DNA of 54,623 nucleotides from an uncultured Candidatus Saccharibacteria bacterium (GTDB taxonomy: Bacteria; Patescibacteriota; Minisyncoccia; Phycocordibacterales; CSBR16-119): assembly GCA_964355515.1 (NCBI GenBank), contig CAYHDV010000004.1, forward strand, positions 1-54,623, in the 5' to 3' direction. Below, one piece after another: positions 17,517 through 26,303 of this stretch (its first letter is position 1; every line of letters starts with the position of its first letter). A model generated the notes under the pieces. That model made no database searches, was not told the DNA's origin, and worked only from the letters and a program-made list of their open reading frames with translations. The position numbers and the translations under genes are program-made.

Positions 17517-17828
17517 CTACGCTTCTAAAAGCTCCTTAGTCTCTCTTTTGTAGATAGCCAACACTCTCTCGAATTCAGCTCGACCTTCTTTTTCTAAAAG
17601 CTCTTCTGTCAGGCCTGTTCTGTTTTTAATGTTATCTCTGATGTAAGTCTTTACAAAATAGTTAATTTTATCTTTTGTTATTGCATTGAATTTTTCTTCG
17701 GGGAAATTCCCTCTCAAAGTAACAGCGTATAATGTACTTATTGAAACCCATGGATCGCTTAGAAATGGACTGGATATCTCTTTGATATAGGATTCTATAT
17801 CCTCCTCTGCATGGTCGACCCCCTTCAT
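17517..17828 (-). CDS. hypothetical protein
   Basis: 103-aa ORF, last gene of a three-ORF minus-strand unit. Confidence 0.55.
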   Translation of the reverse strand: MKGVDHAEEDIESYIKEISSPFLSDPWVSISTLYAVTLRGNFPEEKFNAITKDKINYFVKTYIRDNIKNRTGLTEELLEKEGRAEFERVLAIYKRETKELLEA

Positions 17829-17852
17829 AAAATTCTCTTTGAAAATCCCAGA

Positions 17853-18938
17853 TCAAACCTCTCGAGTATCTTGGAGGGCCATTTCCTTATCAAAAGATTC
17901 AGGCATTTCGTTTGCAATTTTTTCAGCTTTGACTACTTCTCCTATAGATAAAAATTTGCCAACTAACTCTCTTTGCATGTTCATCATTTCACTTGAATAC
18001 ATTGCGTCTCTGTCCCCAGGTTCGTTTGATTCTTGTCCTTTTTGAGTACTTTTCATAACATCAATAAGGGTCTTCATTTGGTTAAGAAGTTCTTTTGAGT
18101 TTTCTTTTCCTCTTTCGATATCAGCATCTGTGTTACTTCCACGTTTAAAAACTTCCTGCGATTGAGTAAACAAGTAAGACCATTCTTCAAAACGATCCTT
18201 TGCCTCATTAAATTTATAGGCTTCTGCACTTACATACTTTTCTTGAAAATCTTCTTGTTTCGGATTCTCAACATGAGACAGGATCTTAGGGAAACTATAA
18301 TCTGTGGCATTTTTCACCGCAGAGGCCATTCTTCCCTTTCCTGTTTCCTCTAACAAATTAGACAGGAGATAGGCTGCTTTTCCGTATTCGTCTTTGTTTA
18401 TCAATTCTCTCGCCATATTATCTATTTGAAAGTTATTTGCCTCACTAGAATTTTCAAGTAATAGAGAATACGCTTTTTCAATGTCTCCTTCCCTTAGGTA
18501 GGAATCAAATTTCTGAGTAAAAGGAATATTTTCTAATTTATCCTCTACCAAAAATCTCCTCTTCCCTCCTATTTTTACTTCGTGATTTGAGTCAACAAGA
18601 AACTTTCCCTCCTCTGGTTCAACAAGAAATTTTATCTTTCTTTTACCCTCATCCACTATCTGATCAGCTTCTGCGATGATCTCTGCCAAACGTTCTTCTA
18701 TTGCTTCCAAAGATCCTCCCTGATTTTCAATTTCTTTTCTCTGATATTCTGGGACTTCTGTTGCGCTAGCCTTTGTAGATTCAATATTTGCAATGATTTG
18801 GTCTACTCTATCTTTTATCTCCTTGAAACCATGAGATTCCGCATCATCACCAATAACCCTCAGACTCTCAACGTCCTTTACCTTTTCAAATTCTTCGATA
18901 TATTTGTCATATTCATTTTTTTGGTTCTCAGGAATCAT
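17853..18938 (-). CDS. hypothetical acidic protein
   Basis: 361-aa ORF with no TM helix or signal peptide and no family recognised. Confidence 0.65.
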   Translation of the reverse strand: MIPENQKNEYDKYIEEFEKVKDVESLRVIGDDAESHGFKEIKDRVDQIIANIESTKASATEVPEYQRKEIENQGGSLEAIEERLAEIIAEADQIVDEGKRKIKFLVEPEEGKFLVDSNHEVKIGGKRRFLVEDKLENIPFTQKFDSYLREGDIEKAYSLLLENSSEANNFQIDNMARELINKDEYGKAAYLLSNLLEETGKGRMASAVKNATDYSFPKILSHVENPKQEDFQEKYVSAEAYKFNEAKDRFEEWSYLFTQSQEVFKRGSNTDADIERGKENSKELLNQMKTLIDVMKSTQKGQESNEPGDRDAMYSSEMMNMQRELVGKFLSIGEVVKAEKIANEMPESFDKEMALQDTREV

Positions 18939-19095
18939 GTCGGATTTCTTCTCTTAGGTTTTTAATTTTTTCTTCTCTTAGGCTCGCAATATAATTTGAA
19001 ATTATTGCGTCCTTTTTGGCGCGAAGACGCGAGAGCCTCGTTAAGATATTTTCTTCCATCTGTTGAAGTTGTTTGAACTCTTCTTCGTAATCCAT
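18928..19095 (-). CDS. candidate small ORF (55 aa, coiled-coil-like) overlapping the next gene's start
   Basis: ATG 19095...TGA 18930-18928 encodes MDYEEEFKQLQQMEENILTRLSRLRAKKDAIISNYIASLREEKIKNLREEIRHDS. Its last 11 nt overlap the start of the 361-aa gene (ATG at 18938). Below the 60-aa cutoff of the ORF track. Confidence 0.35.
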   Translation of the reverse strand: MDYEEEFKQLQQMEENILTRLSRLRAKKDAIISNYIASLREEKIKNLREEIRHDS

Positions 19096-19146
19096 ATATC
19101 TACTATATCACTATATTTCTTAGTATTTTTGCTTTTTCAACACTAC

Positions 19147-19175
19147 TTGACAAATATATCCATATCTGTTATTAT
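19147..19175 (+). promoter_or_regulatory. sigma70-like promoter for the 19206 gene
   Basis: TTGACA (19147-19152), 17-nt spacer, TATTAT (19170-19175). Confidence 0.5.
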
Positions 19176-19205
19176 TGTATTAAATATTCACTAAAACGAA
19201 CAAAG

Positions 19206-19715
19206 ATGATCTTTGGAATCAAAACACTAAGAGAAAGAAAAGAGGCTAAACTAAAAGAAAGTCTCCGAGGAAAGCTCCAACAAATGATTTGGGATTTGGA
19301 TTGGATTAATCATAATCCCCCACTTGAAAAAATTGTTGATTTCTTTAACTACATGGAAAAATCTCTTGGAGAAATCACTGAGAAAGAATTCTCAGTTGCC
19401 CCAGAAAGACTCGGTGTAGTAAAAAGAAATGTTGGAAGAAATAAGCATGGGTGGTTCCGCGCGGAAGTTGGAACACCTGCTACGAATGAAGATACCTTCA
19501 TTCAACCAACGGGACACTTCGATGAGAATTTTTACACTCATTCAGTCAGGCAACTGCTCGAAATGACTGATTCTCCGAGTGGGCAGGGTGGATTCTTGAA
19601 AGAAGGTTTCGCAATGACCAATAAGCAATTCTACAACGAAGCTTTCGTTAAGCCATTCATGGAAGACAAGCTGAAGGCTTTAATTCTAATTGTAGACAAA
19701 GAGCTTGTAAATTAA
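19206..19715 (+). CDS. hypothetical protein
   Basis: 169-aa ORF bracketed by a promoter and a terminator. No family recognised. Confidence 0.6.
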   Translation: MIFGIKTLRERKEAKLKESLRGKLQQMIWDLDWINHNPPLEKIVDFFNYMEKSLGEITEKEFSVAPERLGVVKRNVGRNKHGWFRAEVGTPATNEDTFIQPTGHFDENFYTHSVRQLLEMTDSPSGQGGFLKEGFAMTNKQFYNEAFVKPFMEDKLKALILIVDKELVN

Positions 19716-19726
19716 AGATCTGATTG

Positions 19727-19760
19727 AAAAGGCCGTGCAGTAGCACGGCCTTTTTTATTT
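19727..19760. terminator. bidirectional terminator (19206 gene / gyrB)
   Basis: AAAAGGCCGTGC / GCACGGCCTTTT with loop AGTA. Confidence 0.8.
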
Positions 19761-19793
19761 GATATAATCTAACACCTCCAACTTAAAAACTCA

Positions 19794-21875
19794 CTATGCA
19801 TCTACTTCAGCAAGCTTGGCATTTGAAGTAATAAACAATTTTCTTGGTGGAACCTCAGATCCCATAAGAGTATCAAATGTCCGATCTGCATCTTGAGCGT
19901 CATCAATGTTTATTTGCTTCAAAACACGATTCTTTGGATCCATGGTTGTCTCCCAGAGCTCTTCTGGGTTCATCTCCCCGAGACCCTTATATCGTTGGAT
20001 TTTGAACTTTACCTTTTTTGCCTTCGCACTATTCTTGGACTGGTTCTCTGACACCTCCTCATCAAGAACTATTCCCCCTTCGTCACCCTCTTCTCCTTCT
20101 TCCACTTCAGAATCTCCCACAATTGCGAATTTTTCATCATCGGTATATGCGTACTGGATCAATTTTCCCTGAGTGATTTTGTACAATGGTGGCTGAGCGA
20201 TATACAAATATCCAGCTTCAATAACTGGTTTGAAGTACCGATAAAACAAAGTCAGAAGTAGAGTTGAGATGTGTGCTCCATCGACATCGGCATCGGTTGC
20301 GATAATTATCTTTTTGTATCGAATAGCAGACAAGTCAAAAGTCTCACCTATAGCTGTCCCCATGGCAATAACAAGCGCTTTTACTTCTTTTGAAGCAAGC
20401 ATCTTGTCGAGCCGAGCACGCTCCACATTCAAGATTTTTCCTCGAAGTGGCAGAATGGCTTGAGTGGCTCTATCTCTTCCCTGCTTCGCAGATCCTCCCG
20501 CAGAGTCTCCCTCTACGATAAATATCTCAGAGTCATCGGCGTTTTTTGATTGACAGTCAGCAAGCTTTCCAGGGAGTGTCATCCCTTCTAGAGCCCCTTT
20601 TCGGAGTACAGAGTCTTTGGCAGCTTTGGCAGCCTTTCTAGCTCGGAGTGCGAGCACTGCTTTGTTTATGATTTGTCTTCCCTCATCTGGATTCTCTTCG
20701 AGGAAATCCCCAAAAGCTTCTGCAAAAACAGTTTCTGTGGCACCTCGCGCCTCTGTAGATCCGAGCTTACTCTTTGTCTGTCCTTCGAATTGGATTTCCT
20801 CAAGCTTCACAGAGACGACAACTGTCAATCCTTCAAGCAAATCTTCACCAGAGAATACTCCGTCTTTTTCTGAGACAAGATTATTTTTCTTTGCATAGTT
20901 ATTGATTGTTCGAGTGAGAGCAGTTTTGAATCCAGTCGTGTGCATTCCTCCTTCAGAGTTGTAAATATTGTTAGCAAAGGGAACAATTCGAGAAGAGATA
21001 TCATCGATATACTGCAGAGCAATTTCCACTCCCACACCATCTACTTCTTTTTCTGCATAAAAAATAGTTTTGTGAACTACCTTTTGTCCTTGGTTGTAAA
21101 AAGCCACAAGAGACCGGAGCCCTCCCTCGAAGTAATATGTTTGTGATGGAGCCTCTAGCCCAAGCTCAGTAAACCAGTACACACTATCTCCACTTTTTTG
21201 GACAGGAAGAGGTACTTTGGCTTTGATATCTCTTGCATCTATAACTCGTACTCGAAGCTTTCGCACTAAGTATGCTTGCTGACGAAGTCTACTGATAATA
21301 GTTTTGAAATTGTAAATAAGTGTCTCAGTAAATATTTCTCCATCTGGTTTAAAGGTGATGATGGTTCCATTGTTTTTTGTCTTGCCAACCTTTTTTACAT
21401 CACCCTTTTTCTTACCACATTCATATTCCTGTACGAAAACCTCACCGTCTCGATGGACTTCTGCTTTTGTATAAGTAGAAAGAGCGTTTACAACAGATGC
21501 TCCCACTCCATGGAGCCCTCCAGAAACCTTGTACCCAGAACCACCAAATTTCCCTCCAGCATGGAGTGTGGTCATAATAGTGTCGAGTGCAGATACTTTT
21601 GTCTTTGGATGTTTATCAACTGGGATACCTCGTCCGTTGTCAACGACACGAATCATATTGTCCGGCAGGATAACCACCTCGATTTCATCACAGTGACCAG
21701 CCATGGCTTCGTCTCTGGAGTTGTCAAATATCTCCCACACCAAGTGATGAAGACCTGTTGTACCAGTAGAACCGATGTACATTCCTGGCCTCTTTCGTAC
21801 AGGCTCGAGCCCTTCGAGAACAGAAATATCTGCAGCGCTATATCCTTTTGTATCTGGTTTCTTTTTTTCTGCCAT
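19794..21875 (-). CDS. gyrB: DNA gyrase subunit B
   Basis: GLHHLVWEIFDNSRDEAMAG, GGLHGVGASVVNALS, EGDSAGGSAKQGRDR, PLRGKILNVE and YKGLGEMNPEELWETTM. Confidence 0.97.
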   Translation of the reverse strand: MAEKKKPDTKGYSAADISVLEGLEPVRKRPGMYIGSTGTTGLHHLVWEIFDNSRDEAMAGHCDEIEVVILPDNMIRVVDNGRGIPVDKHPKTKVSALDTIMTTLHAGGKFGGSGYKVSGGLHGVGASVVNALSTYTKAEVHRDGEVFVQEYECGKKKGDVKKVGKTKNNGTIITFKPDGEIFTETLIYNFKTIISRLRQQAYLVRKLRVRVIDARDIKAKVPLPVQKSGDSVYWFTELGLEAPSQTYYFEGGLRSLVAFYNQGQKVVHKTIFYAEKEVDGVGVEIALQYIDDISSRIVPFANNIYNSEGGMHTTGFKTALTRTINNYAKKNNLVSEKDGVFSGEDLLEGLTVVVSVKLEEIQFEGQTKSKLGSTEARGATETVFAEAFGDFLEENPDEGRQIINKAVLALRARKAAKAAKDSVLRKGALEGMTLPGKLADCQSKNADDSEIFIVEGDSAGGSAKQGRDRATQAILPLRGKILNVERARLDKMLASKEVKALVIAMGTAIGETFDLSAIRYKKIIIATDADVDGAHISTLLLTLFYRYFKPVIEAGYLYIAQPPLYKITQGKLIQYAYTDDEKFAIVGDSEVEEGEEGDEGGIVLDEEVSENQSKNSAKAKKVKFKIQRYKGLGEMNPEELWETTMDPKNRVLKQINIDDAQDADRTFDTLMGSEVPPRKLFITSNAKLAEVDA

Positions 21876-21953
21876 AAGTGAGTTTTCTTAAGTATTTACT
21901 ATTAAAATATATCAAAAGTATACCACAAAACTAGCTCAAAAGCACACCCTGTT

Positions 21954-21994
21954 CCCACCAAAAAAGCCCTATATTATAGGGCTTTTTTGGTGGG
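21954..21994 (-). terminator. 19-bp perfect hairpin terminator after pheT
   Basis: CCCACCAAAAAAGCCCTAT (21954-21972) pairs with ATAGGGCTTTTTTGGTGGG (21976-21994). Confidence 0.8.
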
Positions 21995-21996
21995 AA

Positions 21997-23796
21997 TTAT
22001 CTCACTTCCCAATCCTTGTTTTCAGCGATTTTGGCGTAAATACCATCCATGATTTTCCCCACTTCTTCATCGGTTAGAGTTCGGTCGTAGACTTGGAATA
22101 CCAGTCTGTATGCGTATGAGGTTCTCCCATCCTTAGAAAATTCGTCTACCAATCGAGGTTCACTGATAAGCAGGTCTGCCCCCGTTAGAATTGCGTACAA
22201 TTTTTCTTTGTCTTCCCCGTCATTGGTCCACACAGCGACATCACGCGTCATAAATGGGTACACTGACCATGGTACAAATTTTTGTGACTCTTCAGTATTA
22301 TCACCCAATAATCCATCATATGAATCCCCTACTACAATATTATTCTTCACGCAGAATTCATCGAGCGTCATTTCTAGAATCTGTTTCTTTTCATTATAGG
22401 CAACGTGCATCTGTTCGCCATTTTTATCAAACACGGTTCCTATTTCAAAAATCTTTACAGTATCCATACCGAGAAATGGTGCATTCAATGTATTTGCTTT
22501 CAGAGACTCTTCCATTCCATCTTTCAAATTTGTTCGCAAGAATTTTTTATCAGAAGCAGTTTTGAGTAACTCTATATCTCCCTTGTTTCGGAATGTATAG
22601 GTCATCACTTCGCTATATCCCAAATCAATAAAATGTTTCTTCACCGCAAGATTTTTGTAGAATACTTCATTTATCTTTGGTTCAAAAATTTTCCCTGGAA
22701 GTACAGCCTGTACGCGGTCATACCCCAATATTCTCCCGACTTCTTCCACAAAGTCATGCTTCGCATTTAAATCCAACCGCAAAGCTGGCGGAGTTATCGT
22801 GAATGTATTTCCGTTTCTGGTGTATTCAAATTTCAGCCGTTTCCATGCATTCTCTATTTCATCTACTGAAAAATCTGTTCCCAATTTTTTGTTGATATAT
22901 TCTGCATCTACTGTCACAGTCCATGGTTGTTGTGGGTTTGGATAGATATCAATTATTTCTTCAAAGATTGCCTCTGGAAACATTTCAAATATCAATGCAG
23001 ACAATTCTCTCATTGCATACGGCGCCAATTCTGGGGATAAATCATTTTCAAATCGTTTTGTTGAATCTGTTTGAATATTGAGAGCTTTTGCAGTCTTACG
23101 AACTGATACCGGATCGAAGTTTGCAACCTCGAGAAAGATGTCTGTTGTAGCAGTATCTACTTCGGCAAATTTTCCACCTTTAACCCCAGCGACAGCTAGA
23201 GCATTTCCTACACTATCAGAAATAACTGCCATAGAATCATTCATTTCTTTTTCTTCTCCTGTTAGCAAGGTTATTTTTTCACCGGCGTTCGCATGTCGTA
23301 CCACAATACCACCCTGCATTTTCCCAAGGTCGAGTGCATGCACCGGTTGCCCACAATTAAACATGGTTAGGTTTGTCGCATCAACAATATTATTGATTGA
23401 TCGCTGACCAATTGATTCCAAATGCTTTACCACCCATTCTGGAGATGGACCAACTTTGATACCACGAACAACCCGTCCCATATATCTGCGACATGCTGGG
23501 GTTTCAATCTTTATATCAAAAGGGACTTGCCCTGAGCTTGTCGAAGGGGTTTTGTATTGGGGTGTTGGGTCATTGTACGGAATATCCAAAATAGCAGAAA
23601 TTTCTTTTGCGATTCCCATGTGCGACAAACAATCATGATTTCGGTCTGGAAGTGTTTTGATTTCCAATACAAAATCATCCCCATGTGGGTCAACACTTTC
23701 TACCTCAAACGCATGAAAAACAATCGCGTCCGCGACTTTTTGCACTTCCGGAGAATCCGGCACATACCATTTAAGCCAATTGTAGCTAACTTTCAT
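21997..23796 (-). CDS. pheT: phenylalanyl-tRNA synthetase beta subunit, short form without the OB-fold tRNA-binding domain
   Basis: MKVSYNWLKWYV N-terminus, B3/B4 domain, B5, catalytic-like domain and C-terminal FDX-ACB (RTSYAYRLVFQVYDRTLTDEEV). 599 aa. Confidence 0.92.
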   Translation of the reverse strand: MKVSYNWLKWYVPDSPEVQKVADAIVFHAFEVESVDPHGDDFVLEIKTLPDRNHDCLSHMGIAKEISAILDIPYNDPTPQYKTPSTSSGQVPFDIKIETPACRRYMGRVVRGIKVGPSPEWVVKHLESIGQRSINNIVDATNLTMFNCGQPVHALDLGKMQGGIVVRHANAGEKITLLTGEEKEMNDSMAVISDSVGNALAVAGVKGGKFAEVDTATTDIFLEVANFDPVSVRKTAKALNIQTDSTKRFENDLSPELAPYAMRELSALIFEMFPEAIFEEIIDIYPNPQQPWTVTVDAEYINKKLGTDFSVDEIENAWKRLKFEYTRNGNTFTITPPALRLDLNAKHDFVEEVGRILGYDRVQAVLPGKIFEPKINEVFYKNLAVKKHFIDLGYSEVMTYTFRNKGDIELLKTASDKKFLRTNLKDGMEESLKANTLNAPFLGMDTVKIFEIGTVFDKNGEQMHVAYNEKKQILEMTLDEFCVKNNIVVGDSYDGLLGDNTEESQKFVPWSVYPFMTRDVAVWTNDGEDKEKLYAILTGADLLISEPRLVDEFSKDGRTSYAYRLVFQVYDRTLTDEEVGKIMDGIYAKIAENKDWEVR

Positions 23797-23882
23797 AAAG
23801 GTCAGTATATCAGAATTATATTAAAAAATCTTTTTCATTTTATCTTATACATCCTAGTTTATTTTCAAACTTTTACCATTAT

Positions 23883-24455
23883 CTAATCCATTGTAATCTG
23901 TAAATCAGGAAAAGCTTTCTGTAGCACGGGTATAACCTCAGCACCCGAGAATGATAATTTAAGGGTCCGTGAACCACCCCATAGGCTAATCTCATCTCCT
24001 ATCTTTGATAAAAAGCCTGCGCCTTTTACCACAAGCTTCTTCCCTCTTTGATTAAAAACATCAGTGGCTTTTGTAATAATATCTGTGTGGTTTTTACATA
24101 TATCCATGGGATAACTTGCGATATATGTTTTCCCTTCTTCATCTTCGAATTGGACAAATTTTTGTGCTCCGCCAAATTCTGTAAATTCAATATCTACAAA
24201 AGATTTTGGATCTTCAATTTTATTTTCTGCATGCAAACCTTTTTCTTTTAGAATATTTTCAATCTCTCTTTTTGAAATATTATTAAAACGGCTTTCTACG
24301 CCCAGATAAACATGTGCACTGTCAGCAAGATCTTGAAGAGTTATAATCCCTGCATTCTTAAGTAATTGAAATGTTCTTATACTAATTTCTAGTGTTTCAA
24401 TCAACACATCTTTTGGTTCTATTTCTGGTTTTTTAAAAAATTGTTCTCTTCCCAT
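23883..24455 (-). CDS. hypothetical protein with an N-terminal RNA polymerase alpha-CTD-like helix-hairpin-helix
   Basis: LETLEISIRTFQLLKNAGIITLQDLAD resembles the alpha-CTD motif. The C-terminal ~110 aa are unassigned. The ATG lies 4 nt after the pheS stop. Confidence 0.6.
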   Translation of the reverse strand: MGREQFFKKPEIEPKDVLIETLEISIRTFQLLKNAGIITLQDLADSAHVYLGVESRFNNISKREIENILKEKGLHAENKIEDPKSFVDIEFTEFGGAQKFVQFEDEEGKTYIASYPMDICKNHTDIITKATDVFNQRGKKLVVKGAGFLSKIGDEISLWGGSRTLKLSFSGAEVIPVLQKAFPDLQITMD

Positions 24456-24459
24456 ATAT

Positions 24460-25185
24460 TTAAAACTGATTAAATCTTAGATCCCCTTGATATGTTAGCC
24501 TGACATCATGCAATCCATATTTCATAAACAAAAACCGATCGGCGCCCATACCAAAAGCAAAGCCTTGGTATTTGTCAGGATCAATACCACAATTCTTGAG
24601 TACGTTTGGATGTACCATTCCAGCGCCCAACACTTCGATCCATTTGCCTTGCCCTGAGGGATTCGAAGGGTCGGCTACTTTTACATCCACCTCTACCCCT
24701 GGTTCTACGAACGGAAAGAAACTTGGTCGCAAGCGTATTTCTGCATCGGGTCCCAAGAATTGTTTAAAAAATTCCAAGAGAACACCCTTGAGATGTGCCA
24801 AGGTAATATTTTCTCCAATCATTAATCCTTCGATTTGGTGAAATTGCATTTCGTGGGTTGCATCAGTTGCTTCATTTCGGAACACTTTTCCTGGAACAAT
24901 AATTGCAAACGGTGGATTCTTGCCTGCTTTTGACAGAGCTTCCATATAGCGAATTTGAGAGTTTGAGGTATGTGTGCGAAGGAGCTTGTCAGCATCACTT
25001 TTAATGTAAAACGTATCCTGCATATCGCGCGCTGGATGATCTGGCGGAACATTGAGTGCGTCAAAGTTGTACCAAGTACTCTCCATCTCAGGGCCTGTAG
25101 CCACTTCAAACCCCAGTTCGGTGAAAATCCGAACTGCGTCGTCTATGATAAGCGTGAGTGGATTGTATTTCCCTTTTTCGTTCAT
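24460..25185 (-). CDS. pheS: phenylalanyl-tRNA synthetase alpha subunit, short form without the N-terminal coiled coil
   Basis: HPARDMQDTFY, RTHTSNSQIRYM, FRNEATDATH, EGLMIG, GAGMVHPNVL and AFGMGADR. Confidence 0.95.
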   Translation of the reverse strand: MNEKGKYNPLTLIIDDAVRIFTELGFEVATGPEMESTWYNFDALNVPPDHPARDMQDTFYIKSDADKLLRTHTSNSQIRYMEALSKAGKNPPFAIIVPGKVFRNEATDATHEMQFHQIEGLMIGENITLAHLKGVLLEFFKQFLGPDAEIRLRPSFFPFVEPGVEVDVKVADPSNPSGQGKWIEVLGAGMVHPNVLKNCGIDPDKYQGFAFGMGADRFLFMKYGLHDVRLTYQGDLRFNQF

Positions 25186-25267
25186 GAGTTTTAGTTTAGC
25201 TTAAAATGAGAGTTTTTGGAAGTAGTGAGACACCCTGTACCAAGGGCGCAAGGAGTCCAACTTAAAT

Positions 25268-25417
25268 GGATTACTTCGTACCTCGCAAAGACAGAACTTT
25301 TTGTATTCTGGATTGCTTCGTACCTCGCAAAGACGGATTTTTCTTGAGAAAAATCCGTAGACAACACTCCGAAGGAGTTTTGTCAGTTTTGTCTTTGCGA
25401 GGTACGAAGCAATCCAG
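25268..25417. repeat. cluster of three copies of the 25-nt repeat (two direct, one inverted) plus two small hairpins
   Basis: GGATTACTTCGTACCTCGCAAAGAC at 25268-25292; GGATTGCTTCGTACCTCGCAAAGAC at 25310-25334; inverted GTCTTTGCGAGGTACGAAGCAATCC at 25391-25415. Hairpins at 25335-25356 and 25366-25378. Confidence 0.85.
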
Positions 25418-25482
25418 GATCTAATACTATTAAGTACTTACTACCTGAAGTATGCGAAATAAGAAAATTTAAAAAGGGGTCT

Positions 25483-25839
25483 CTAATAGACCCCTTTGAA
25501 TACAATTTCATTGCTTCCATCTTTTCTGATGCAAATCTCATACCCCTCTTCCATAAAGAAAATTGGGCAAGGGGTTTCGTGATTCAAGATCCCACCAGAG
25601 ACAACTTTTCCGTCAGAGATCACAGATACCCGATAATCCCCATACTCGCAAGCATTTATAATCAGCTCTGTTCCAAGCCTTTCAAAAACAAAGCAAGTAG
25701 TGTCTTGGCTTTGGGCTAAGGCTTTGGAGTGGATAATAGCTAGAGCAAGACCAACTGCGGTAGCTATAAGTATTACTTTTCCGCAAAGGTCCCCAAGCTT
25801 CTGCTTTAGTGTTTTTTCTTCGGTTCTTTCCGCTCTCAT
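25483..25839 (-). CDS. hypothetical membrane-anchored protein
   Basis: 118-aa ORF with one TM helix (VILIATAVGLALAII). Confidence 0.55.
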   Translation of the reverse strand: MRAERTEEKTLKQKLGDLCGKVILIATAVGLALAIIHSKALAQSQDTTCFVFERLGTELIINACEYGDYRVSVISDGKVVSGGILNHETPCPIFFMEEGYEICIRKDGSNEIVFKGVY

Positions 25840-25956
25840 TGGTCATTAAATTTTTAGATTTAGAAGAGATACTATCATGCAGAAAGAAAAGCGCAAGGAG
25901 AAAATTGACTTCTTGCCAAAAATTAATTTTTCAAGTAGAGTAAAAATAAAAAGCAA

Positions 25957-26274
25957 ATGAAAAACAAGCAGCAAATGGTGGATGAGGAAAAAGTTAAGAA
26001 GCTCCACGAAGCATTCCAAAACAGGGCTGAACGCTATTTCTCAGATGAAGAATCGATCATTCTTGCGAAGAGTTACATGAGGATGAAACTTTTCAGTGAC
26101 ACTCCAACAAAAATGGAGGCTCTAACAAAGACACCAGGTTTGGCCGAAAAACTTTCAAACGTATCAGATGAATTCTGTAGAATATTAGATCCTGAGGTTA
26201 GGGATTTGCGAAAAATGTTTTTAAGGAGCATGGAGTACTTCATGTCTGGAGCAGGATATACTTTCAGATATTAA
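25957..26274 (+). CDS. hypothetical protein
   Basis: 105-aa ORF followed by a terminator. Confidence 0.55.
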   Translation: MKNKQQMVDEEKVKKLHEAFQNRAERYFSDEESIILAKSYMRMKLFSDTPTKMEALTKTPGLAEKLSNVSDEFCRILDPEVRDLRKMFLRSMEYFMSGAGYTFRY

Positions 26275-26276
26275 AG

Positions 26277-26301
26277 AAAAGCCAGCGATGCTGGCTTTTT
26301 T
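26277..26301. terminator. bidirectional terminator
   Basis: GCCAGC / GCTGGC stem flanked by AAAA and TTTTTT. Confidence 0.7.
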
Positions 26302-26303
26302 AT

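Noticed and set aside
21276-21881. 201-aa plus-strand ORF (and the similar 249-aa ORF at 8736-9485)
   Set aside because: Both lie wholly antisense within gyrB and smc respectively and are low-complexity shadow ORFs.
25268-25417. Possible mini CRISPR array built from the 25-nt GGATT(G/A)CTTCGTACCTCGCAAAGAC repeats
   Set aside because: There are only two direct copies, separated by 17 nt, which is too short for a spacer. The third copy is inverted. Other copies are solitary, and no cas genes are in the window.
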